A stretch of DNA of 32,000 nt, from contig NZ_JAGIOS010000001.1 of assembly GCF_017876815.1 (NCBI RefSeq), forward strand, positions 810,001 through 842,000. The letters are read 5' to 3'. Shown here piece by piece: positions 9,715-16,695 of the stretch. A model generated the notes under the pieces. It was not told the origin of the DNA. It searched no databases and saw only the letters and a list, made by a program, of their open reading frames with translations. A program made the translations under genes and the position numbers. The stretch's first letter is position 1. The number at the start of each line of letters is the position of its first letter. The stretch comes from Sinorhizobium meliloti. Lineage in GTDB: Bacteria; Pseudomonadota; Alphaproteobacteria; Rhizobiales; Rhizobiaceae.

Positions 9715-10203
9715 CTATTCCAGCATTACAACGGCATCGACTTCGAAGAGCATCGGGTCGATTGCAAGCTTGGGAACGGGAATCAATGTCTGCGCCGGCA
9801 GCGCCGCGCCGAACATTTCCTTCACGTTCCTGGTCAGCACCTCAAGCTTGGACATGTCGTGATCGACGACGAAGACCGTGAGCTTGGCGACCTGATCCGG
9901 CCTGGCACCGAGCGCATCGAGGGCCGTGCGCAGGTTTGCATAGGCCTGCTGGACCTGGACAGCGAAGTCGGGCGACAAGGCTCCGCTGCTGTCCTGGCCG
10001 CCCTGTCCCGAGATATAGGCCACCCGGCCCTCGCGGGGCACGATCACTGCCGTGCTGTAGCCGTTCGGCGTCGGGTCGTAGAGGTTTTTCGGATTGACGA
10101 TGGTCAGCTTGAGATCATTCTCATTCGCTGTCGTCGCAGCGGGAACGCCCATGGTCATGATGATCAGCCCTCCGATAAGCAGATGCGTGATTGCGCGTGA
10201 CAT
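9715..10203 (-). CDS. RidA/YjgF/endoribonuclease L-PSP family protein with N-terminal signal peptide
   Basis: From ATG 10203 the translation is MSRAITHLLIGGLIIMTMGVPAATTANE, followed by the YjgF-like core GYSTAVIVPREGRVAYISGQGG...KLTVFVVD...IPVPKLAIDPMLFEVDAVVMLE. The upstream 42 residues of the track ORF are unlikely to be coding. Confidence 0.8.
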   Translation of the reverse strand: MSRAITHLLIGGLIIMTMGVPAATTANENDLKLTIVNPKNLYDPTPNGYSTAVIVPREGRVAYISGQGGQDSSGALSPDFAVQVQQAYANLRTALDALGARPDQVAKLTVFVVDHDMSKLEVLTRNVKEMFGAALPAQTLIPVPKLAIDPMLFEVDAVVMLE

Positions 10204-10282
10204 GTTTTTCTCTTGGCTCCGGGGACTGCGGGCAATAGAGCCTCGCCGCCTCCGGGATTGAACTTTTACTGCCGTATGATCC

Positions 10283-10327
10283 GACTCGTACGACGTACTA
10301 TCCGTGCCATCGTACATTGTACGAGTC
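10283..10327. promoter_or_regulatory. Candidate TetR operator in the divergent RidA/TetR intergenic region
   Basis: A perfect 9-nt inverted repeat pairs GACTCGTAC (10283-10291) with GTACGAGTC (10319-10327). Further CGTAC/GTACG half-sites lie between the arms. The repeat sits between start codons 10203 (-) and 10396 (+). Confidence 0.35.
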
Positions 10328-10395
10328 AACCGTTCAGGATCGACATTCGCAGGTTCGTCGGGTTAGATCGGCATTCTGATCAGCAAGGAAGACGG

Positions 10396-11091
10396 ATGAC
10401 GGCCAAACGCAGCGGCGCCCCGAGCAAACGGCCTCGACGGACAGGTGTATCGCCCCGGGTGCCGGAGGCGCGCAGTGAGCCGTCTCTCTCCCGGGAGCGC
10501 ATCGTGGCGACCGCGGTGGAACTGCTGGACGCCCAGGGAATAGACGGATTGACGATGCGTCGCCTGGCCGATCGCCTCGGCTCGGGCGTGATGAGCCTGT
10601 ATTGGCACGTCGACAACAAGGAGGATGTCTTTGATCTGGCGCTCGACTCGGTGCTCGAATACCGCGGACCGCCGCAATTGGTCGAGTCTCGAGATTGGCG
10701 CGGAAAAGTCGTTCATATGCTCGAGGACTGGCGCGCCGGCATGCTGCGCCATCCCTGGTCGGCATCGCTGCTGCCGCGCCGGGCACTCGGCCCGAACATC
10801 CTCAGCCGCCTGGAACTGCTGAGCAGGACGTTGTCCGGAGCCGGTGTAGCCGACGCAGATCTGAATGCCGCGATATGGTCGCTCTGGAACTATGTGATGG
10901 GCGCCACCATCACCCGGGCGAGCTTCGGCCTCTCGGACGAAGACAGGGCCGCGGCACAGCAGCGCCTCACACGTCTCAGCGAACACTATCCGACGATCGA
11001 ACGCTCCCGCCTGCTGCTGGACAACGATTGGGACGGCGCCTTCCGGAAAGGCCTCGACTTCCTGCTCGACGGCCTCGCTCCGAGACAATGA
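10396..11091 (+). CDS. TetR/AcrR family transcriptional regulator
   Basis: The ATG at 10396 is preceded by AAGGAAG. The N-terminal HTH reads SRERIVATAVELLDAQGIDGLTMRRLADRLGSGVMSLYWHVDNKEDV. The C-terminal region is typical of the TetR ligand domain. Confidence 0.85.
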   Translation: MTAKRSGAPSKRPRRTGVSPRVPEARSEPSLSRERIVATAVELLDAQGIDGLTMRRLADRLGSGVMSLYWHVDNKEDVFDLALDSVLEYRGPPQLVESRDWRGKVVHMLEDWRAGMLRHPWSASLLPRRALGPNILSRLELLSRTLSGAGVADADLNAAIWSLWNYVMGATITRASFGLSDEDRAAAQQRLTRLSEHYPTIERSRLLLDNDWDGAFRKGLDFLLDGLAPRQ

Positions 11092-11239
11092 GCGCTCGTC
11101 ATCTTCCTGACGAGACGGTGCCGGATCGGCTTAGCTGGAGCGGGATGAGGAAAAGTGTGTGCGGTTTTCCGCCCGCATCGTGATCTAGCCTAAACTAAGA
11201 CCAGGAACGTATCGGAGGACTGCAATCTCTCCTCACCCC

Positions 11240-11353
11240 TCATCTCTGTGCTTGTCACAGAGATCCAGCAGCGCCGCGTCTGCGGTGTGGGGAAATGTTC
11301 TTTCAGCCCAAGGACTTGGTCTCGCTGGATCCCTGTGACGAGCACAGGGATGA
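11240..11353. repeat. Palindromic intergenic mosaic element (REP/RIME-like): two roughly 30-nt inverted arms, each itself containing a hairpin
   Basis: The left arm is TCATCTCTGTGCTTGTCACAGAGATCCAGC (11240-11269). The right arm is GCTGGATCCCTGTGACGAGCACAGGGATGA (11324-11353). The arms are near-perfect reverse complements. Internal stems are CTCTGTG/CACAGAG and CCCTGTG/CACAGGG. Confidence 0.6.
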
Positions 11354-11413
11354 GGAGATCAAAGACACATCCCGGCGACGAATGGCCCGCATCCGGATGG
11401 GGCAATAACGAAA

Positions 11414-11431
11414 CCATTTGAAAGGAAATGG
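11414..11431 (-). terminator. Weak hairpin downstream of the RES gene
   Basis: On the minus strand, CCATTT-CCTTTC-AAATGG is followed by TTTCGTTATTG. The stem is only 6 bp and AT-rich. Confidence 0.25.
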
Positions 11432-11486
11432 CGCGCCGGACGAGATGAAACTGGGCACTCTTATGTGATTGTAATTTCGATATAAT

Positions 11487-12470
11487 TTATGGAAGTGTAC
11501 GAACTCCGATCAGGGAGGCGAAGGTCGCGACATCGTCCGCAGGTGACAGAAGAACCAAGTTTGCCCCGGATGGGTGCTTGGTCGAACCGTAGCTGATCGC
11601 ATCGAATCCAGCATAGATAGCACAATCGGCAACGAACCGTGTGAAAACGTACTCGCGCCTTACCCACCCTTCTCCAGTACGTGGCGCTGAGCATAGCGAT
11701 GACCGTGCCAGACACTGAATGAGGATTTCGGCGGGCGTTTCTGCTTCGGGCTTGGGTTGAAGATCGAGAATTTTCAGCGAGGTGTTCAGTGATATCTCTG
11801 CGACATGAAAGCGATCTCCCGGCGTAGCGATCTCAGCGAACGCTGTCTTCTCCGCCGCAGCGAGATAGATCATCCCGTGGCCGGCGTGATTGTAGCGACC
11901 CTCCGCCACAAGATGAGCTGGAGGCGCTCCAAAATCAGTAAGTGCCGGAGACGGCAGATTCGCGGCCTTGCGCGCACGGAACTGAGTGCCCACGACCGAC
12001 TGTGGAAGAGCGGCAACACCGAGCGCTACGATTACATCTAGGACCTCACGAGCGAGCGCGTGCGTGAGCAGCAAGAAAGGGGCGCGTGACGCCAGGCCAG
12101 CAATTTCATCAAGTGCATCTGAGAATTCGGGAGGAACATCGAATGGATGTTCGTAAATCCAGAACTCGCCGTCCAGAACCGAGCCGCAATTCGGACAGGT
12201 GAGCGATTTTGAGAAACGCTCGATTTCCTCGGGATAGAAATCATCCTGAACGCGGCTATTTCGCAAAAAATCGTCAATAGTCATGTACCCGTATTGAAGC
12301 TCGACATCATGGGAAACGGTACCTGGCCACCGAGCGTTGAATTCGTCGTGGCATTTGCCGCAGCATAAGATTCGTGACGAGAAAAAAGACTCAAGGTCCC
12401 GATCAAAATAATCTTGAAAAATGAGGACGCGCTCTTCCTCTGTATTTTCTTCGAAGTACTTGCTTCTCAC
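11487..12470 (-). CDS. RES domain-containing protein (NAD-targeting toxin family) with a Cys4 zinc-ribbon-like N-terminal extension
   Basis: The GTG start at 12470 is preceded by GAAGGG. The C-terminal half carries the RES signature: FRARK, GRYNHAGHGMIYLAAAEKTAFAE, and FDAISYGSTKHPSGANLVLL. The N-terminal roughly 150 aa has CCGKC (about aa 36-40) and CPNC (about aa 92-95). Confidence 0.8.
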   Translation of the reverse strand: MRSKYFEENTEEERVLIFQDYFDRDLESFFSSRILCCGKCHDEFNARWPGTVSHDVELQYGYMTIDDFLRNSRVQDDFYPEEIERFSKSLTCPNCGSVLDGEFWIYEHPFDVPPEFSDALDEIAGLASRAPFLLLTHALAREVLDVIVALGVAALPQSVVGTQFRARKAANLPSPALTDFGAPPAHLVAEGRYNHAGHGMIYLAAAEKTAFAEIATPGDRFHVAEISLNTSLKILDLQPKPEAETPAEILIQCLARSSLCSAPRTGEGWVRREYVFTRFVADCAIYAGFDAISYGSTKHPSGANLVLLSPADDVATFASLIGVRTLP

Positions 12471-12636
12471 TGGGAACCCTTCAAGACCGTGTTGAACCGC
12501 TCTACAAGCCGGAAGTGATGGTCCTGCGCCAGCCTATCCAAGTTGATTTTCTTCCATTTCACTGCTGGCAATTCTGCGGCTCCAGGCAGCCCGAGCAGGT
12601 TTGAAAGCCACCTAAAAGACCCAGTCTAACTTAGCA

Positions 12637-12676
12637 AAAGGGGCGAAGGTCAAACCAAAGGGGCCAGCCTCAAACC
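12637..12676. repeat. Two abutting 20-nt direct repeats in the S8-RES spacer
   Basis: AAAGGGGCGAAGGTCAAACC (12637-12656) is immediately followed by AAAGGGGCCAGCCTCAAACC (12657-12676). The ends are identical (AAAGGGGC ... TCAAACC) and the centre differs. Confidence 0.7.
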
Positions 12677-12693
12677 AGAATCGACGGGGATGT

Positions 12694-15276
12694 TTACGCT
12701 CCTGCCGCGATACCAGCGCGCACTGGCACACCAAGTCGTTCCCGTACCTGCTCATAGACAGGAATACCGGTGTCGATGGCTACTTCAAAACTCACTGCCA
12801 ATGCGTAAGGAACAGGATCAGCAAGAGTCCCTGCAGCAGCGCGGCACGAAACTCTCAGCAGAAGATTCCCATCATCTACAAAGACCCGCGCTGCCTCGCC
12901 TGTCCGGCGTTCATGGCAAACCGTTCCGCGGACAACGGCCTTATCAGTCGGTTGATAGGAATCACGTTCATCCGCCATCCAGTATTTGTCGTCACTTGCC
13001 GCGCTCACATCAAGAGCTGCCATGCGATAACCCTGATGGCGTGGATTGACCGGCGAAAACCAGGCGAGCGTGGTGGTCAATCCGCGAAGCGCGCGCACCC
13101 CATCCAGACCATCGGGAAGTGGTATCCGGTACAACACCGCACTGTCGGCATCGATCGTCCCGGTCCCCAGCAGAGTCGCCCGGTTCTCAGCACAATCCAG
13201 GACCCGTTGAATGTCAGGCACACCGTACCCGAGTAGTCGCGTGATATCGTCCCGCCGCGCAAGATGTGATCCTTGGCCTTGCGGGCCGAAGAAGCCGTCC
13301 AGCATGGCGCCCTTGTTGCTCCATTGCGCGCCATGAACCATCAAGGCCTTCAGAAGCAGAGGGAGTTCGTTAGTGGTCACGTCGGCATGATGGGAGCCGC
13401 CGTCTCCGTCGAGCAGGACATCATGAATGCGGTGTGCGGCACGCGTCGCGAGCGCCGTAGCTGCGCTCGTCCCCCATGTGAAATCTTCGAAGCTGGTCCC
13501 GCCGGCCGCAGAAGGCCGCGCCACCTTGAGTCCGAAATGCTGCGCACCTGCACGTACCGGCATCACAACAAGTTCACCCCCCGTAGCCGCCATCTGCACG
13601 GGCGCTCGGCCACCGCTGAATAGAAGCTCCGGCTTTACGACCTTCTTGAAACCCAGCCCCATCGCCGAGATTATGTTGGGAACACCCTCAGCGGTGAAAG
13701 GGTCGATCCGCCCGGCAGGAAAGCCGCCGTTGAACGCCGACCCCGCGTGAGCGGCCCCGATTGTCAGGGCGTTCATCGACTCGGCAGGCGACAACAGCGT
13801 GCGCTGGCTTTTCTGTGCATTGAGGGAAGCAAAAACAGCTTTTTCGCGATCCTCGGCGTTGGCTGCCTCGAAGTCCGTCCAGTTCGCATAGCCTTCTACT
13901 TTCAGGCGGTCAGTTATGTTTCCGGCGCTCACGAGAAACAGCACACGATAGCGCCAGCTCAAGTAGTCAAGCAAGCGACCAAGGGGACTCATGATGCGGG
14001 CAAACGGCCGTTTCTCATCTGCAAGAGAAAGATTGATCAACACGACTTGCGGAGCAGCTGCGGGCTCTTGGCCTTCTCCCACTTTTATGCGGCGCACGGC
14101 TTGGTGAATAACATCGACGAGCAGGCGATCGTCCGGTGTGCGCTCCCCGCCCTGCGTGGGCCGGAACACAGGCCTAACGTAGAGCGGTCGGGGCAGTGGC
14201 GGCTCACCGTGGTTCAGATCGCCGTGGATAATCAGCGACGCCATCTCGGTGCCGTGTTCGCGCTGCGCCACGGGGTAAGTTTCGGCAAGACCTTCCGGAT
14301 CGTCGACTCTCAGGCGGCCTGCGAGTCGTGCATGATTTTCCACAGGAAGGCCGTCAAGCAGTGCGGCGATCGGTTCATCGCTTACAAACACCGGAGCTGC
14401 GCCCGCGCCAGGACCGTTCTCGCCCTCGATCTCACTGGCCGGCGATCGTGCTACGGACTGGGGGCGCAGGAACATTACGTCATCAGCGCGGGCGAGGCCG
14501 ATATCGGGATTATCGAGAAGCGTTCTGACTGAAGCGGCAGGAAGATCGACGAGCGCAGCATCGTAGCGAATCTCGCTGACCACGGCATGATCGACGACGG
14601 CACCTCCAGCGGACTCTATATCCGCGGTGAGCCGACCGATCGCGCCTGCGCGACGTTCGGCATTCTCGTGATACCAGAGCTCTACCTCAAAACGCACCGG
14701 CGCGTCGGGTGCGCGCTCCAAGTCTTCCGCGAACGCTTTGATCGTCTCGTCAGGGATACGGTCCTGAGGCCCCCAAGGACGCACATCGATCAGTTGTGAA
14801 AACAATTCACGCCACGGTCCGCGCCCGGTGGGCATCCGCTCATTGTTCTTGTAGCGTCTCCAGAGGCTCAGCAGTTCCCGAAGCGCCTGAACGTCGGGCA
14901 TAGCGAGGTAAATGCGTCCGGCGAGCGACTTTCCAGGATCATCCTGATCGTAAAAATCGCCGCTTGGCGCGAAATCATCCTCGTAGTCGCCAAGATATTC
15001 GAGGCCGATGGCTCGTGCCTGTTCGTAGAAGTCCTTTAGCGAGCCTTCCACCTCAAAAACGATAGCGCGCTCGGGCGCGATTGAGGCCGGATCATTGCGA
15101 AGCGCCAGAATTTGCTGGGGGTCTGCAGCCACGCGATCGAGCCGCTCAAAGCGGGGATCAATGCGAGCGCGCTGGCGGTCCCGCGTAGGGCGGCTAATGT
15201 CCGCTCCGCCTCCAGCCCTACCTCGTAAGGTGAAGGGCTCAGGCTGAGGGAGATTAAGGAGCGGCCGATCCGGCAT
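12694..15276 (-). CDS. S8 (subtilisin-like) serine peptidase, about 860 aa, with a roughly 300-aa N-terminal domain of unknown function; IetS-like
   Basis: Subtilase catalytic motifs appear in order: Asp in IAALLDGLP (about aa 309), His in EHGTEMASLI (about 342), oxyanion Asn in LVSAGN (about 454) and Ser in WGTSAATALATRAA (about 605). The ATG at 15276 (GTG at 15279) lies inside the 3' end of the AAA gene, giving a 23-nt overlap. Confidence 0.85.
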   Translation of the reverse strand: MPDRPLLNLPQPEPFTLRGRAGGGADISRPTRDRQRARIDPRFERLDRVAADPQQILALRNDPASIAPERAIVFEVEGSLKDFYEQARAIGLEYLGDYEDDFAPSGDFYDQDDPGKSLAGRIYLAMPDVQALRELLSLWRRYKNNERMPTGRGPWRELFSQLIDVRPWGPQDRIPDETIKAFAEDLERAPDAPVRFEVELWYHENAERRAGAIGRLTADIESAGGAVVDHAVVSEIRYDAALVDLPAASVRTLLDNPDIGLARADDVMFLRPQSVARSPASEIEGENGPGAGAAPVFVSDEPIAALLDGLPVENHARLAGRLRVDDPEGLAETYPVAQREHGTEMASLIIHGDLNHGEPPLPRPLYVRPVFRPTQGGERTPDDRLLVDVIHQAVRRIKVGEGQEPAAAPQVVLINLSLADEKRPFARIMSPLGRLLDYLSWRYRVLFLVSAGNITDRLKVEGYANWTDFEAANAEDREKAVFASLNAQKSQRTLLSPAESMNALTIGAAHAGSAFNGGFPAGRIDPFTAEGVPNIISAMGLGFKKVVKPELLFSGGRAPVQMAATGGELVVMPVRAGAQHFGLKVARPSAAGGTSFEDFTWGTSAATALATRAAHRIHDVLLDGDGGSHHADVTTNELPLLLKALMVHGAQWSNKGAMLDGFFGPQGQGSHLARRDDITRLLGYGVPDIQRVLDCAENRATLLGTGTIDADSAVLYRIPLPDGLDGVRALRGLTTTLAWFSPVNPRHQGYRMAALDVSAASDDKYWMADERDSYQPTDKAVVRGTVCHERRTGEAARVFVDDGNLLLRVSCRAAAGTLADPVPYALAVSFEVAIDTGIPVYEQVRERLGVPVRAGIAAGA

Positions 15277-16279
15277 CACTCTCGTCCTTACTGATACCCG
15301 GCGCTGCGCGCGCGCGTCCCATCCACAACTTCATCTGCTCACGGATAATATCAACCACGGCCCGGCCATCGCCTGAAAGTATCCGCCGACGCAGAATGTC
15401 TGTGAAGAACTCTTCCGCTTCGCTGTAACTGACGCGGCCCAAAGCCTTTGCGATCTGCTCCGTACCCAAGCCAAGTTTTATCTCGGCTCTTGCAGAGAGG
15501 CTGGATAGAAAAGCCGCTAACTGCTTCTGTGTCGGCGCGGGCAGTGTCAACCGTAGCTGGAACCGCCGCCAAACCGCACGATCGAGCAGCTCGGCATGGT
15601 TTGTGGCCGCGAGCACGACGACATAGCTAGGCAAGTCATCGATCTGCATAAGTAGCGAAGTGACTACGCGTTTGATTTCACCAGTTTCATGGATGTCGCC
15701 TCGCTCTTTGCCAACAGCATCAAACTCGTCAAAGAACAATACGCAAGGCGTCGTCCGCGCGTAGTCGAATACGCGCTTGAGGCGCGTCGCTGTTTCCCCC
15801 AGAAAGCTACCGATCATGGCCTCATAGCGGACTACAAAAAAGGGCACGGCGAGGCTTTCGGCGATCGCCTCGGCCAATGTTGTCTTACCGTTGCCGGGCG
15901 GTCCGACAAGCAGGATGCGGTGGCGGGGCTCTAAGGAATGCGAGCGCAGCAACGAAGCGCGCTGCTGCTCCTCAATCAGCTGAGTCGCTGCAAGGCGCGT
16001 GAGATCAGGGAGGACAAGTTCGTCCAGTCGCCGTCGCGGGATCATCTCCGCTATGAATTCGCGCGCGCCGCGACCCGAGGCTTCTGCCGACACGCGGGCG
16101 ATGTTTGATTGGCCGTTCATGGGCGGCGTCTCCACTACTTTTTCCAGACGGTCGGCCAGGACATTGTGCTGCTTGGCCCGCTCTTCGGCGACGATAGCCT
16201 CAACGGTGCGCTTCACCGTCCGGGTGTCACCTGACACACCAGCCTTTACAAGATTTATGAGAAGGTCGCTGCGGGCCAT
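15254..16279 (-). CDS. Classical AAA+ ATPase (CDC48/FtsH-like fold), about 341 aa; IetA-like
   Basis: Walker A is LLVGPPGNGKTTLA and Walker B is VLFFDEFDAVG. Sensor-1 is VVLAATNHAE, and the Arg-finger region is AVWRRFQLRL. The ATG at 16279 is preceded by a perfect AGGAGG at 7-nt spacing. The track ORF start at 16312 is a TTG further upstream. Confidence 0.85.
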   Translation of the reverse strand: MARSDLLINLVKAGVSGDTRTVKRTVEAIVAEERAKQHNVLADRLEKVVETPPMNGQSNIARVSAEASGRGAREFIAEMIPRRRLDELVLPDLTRLAATQLIEEQQRASLLRSHSLEPRHRILLVGPPGNGKTTLAEAIAESLAVPFFVVRYEAMIGSFLGETATRLKRVFDYARTTPCVLFFDEFDAVGKERGDIHETGEIKRVVTSLLMQIDDLPSYVVVLAATNHAELLDRAVWRRFQLRLTLPAPTQKQLAAFLSSLSARAEIKLGLGTEQIAKALGRVSYSEAEEFFTDILRRRILSGDGRAVVDIIREQMKLWMGRARAAPGISKDESDAGSAAP

Positions 16280-16283
16280 ACTG

Positions 16284-16556
16284 CTACCTCCTGCGCCTGC
16301 CACGACGGTCAACTAGCTCGGTCTCGGCGATATCGACGCCGACTGCCTGCAAGCCGCGGAGAACAACCGTACGCATTGACTCTCCACGTTCAGCACAGAG
16401 AAGAGCCACCTGTCGTCTCACGCTGCTGGGAACCATAACCTGAAGCGGCACTTCCTTTTCTGCTGGCACTTCACCAGATGGCGCGACCCTTCGCTCTCCC
16501 TTGGGCGGGGTGCGCTTTGTCATAACCATGGCGGACGCCTCATGAGAACTCGTCAT
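16284..16556 (-). CDS. Small ribbon-helix-helix (CopG/ParG-like) DNA-binding protein, 90 aa
   Basis: The C-terminal half VPLQVMVPSSVRRQVALLCAERGESMRTVVLRGLQAVG fits a beta-strand/helix/helix pattern. The stop is 4 nt before the AAA ATG, and AGGA lies upstream of the ATG at 16556. Confidence 0.55.
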   Translation of the reverse strand: MTSSHEASAMVMTKRTPPKGERRVAPSGEVPAEKEVPLQVMVPSSVRRQVALLCAERGESMRTVVLRGLQAVGVDIAETELVDRRGRRRR

Positions 16557-16568
16557 GAAATCCTAATA

Positions 16569-16582
16569 TCATGAATTCATGA
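16569..16582. promoter_or_regulatory. Perfect 14-bp palindrome TCATGAATTCATGA upstream of the RHH gene (candidate operator)
   Basis: TCATGAATTCATGA at 16569-16582 is self-complementary. A third TCATGA half-site at 16553-16558 overlaps the RHH start codon. Confidence 0.4.
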
Positions 16583-16695
16583 CGAATCTCCCTTTTCAGT
16601 CGCCGGACGAGGGAGGAAGTTGTGGATAGATTTATGGGCGCTAATATGTAGGCAGGCGGTGATCGGTGGGGCAGCGCCCTCACGCAATGGTGCCG

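Noticed and set aside
10363-11088. 241-aa minus-strand ORF
   Set aside because: Antisense to the TetR gene, which has a clear HTH and RBS.
11130-11190. Sequence GGGATGAGGAAAAGTGTGTGCGGTTTTCCGCCCGCATCGTGATC, reminiscent of a short repeat I associate with Rhizobiales intergenic regions
   Set aside because: The recognition is from memory only and cannot be verified without a genome-wide search, so it is not reported as a feature.
11190-11417. 75-aa minus-strand ORF
   Set aside because: It lies entirely over the palindromic REP/RIME-like element, so its reading frame is a by-product of the repeat.
13747-14532. 261-aa plus-strand ORF inside the S8 gene
   Set aside because: Antisense to a gene with an ordered subtilase catalytic motif set, with no motifs of its own.
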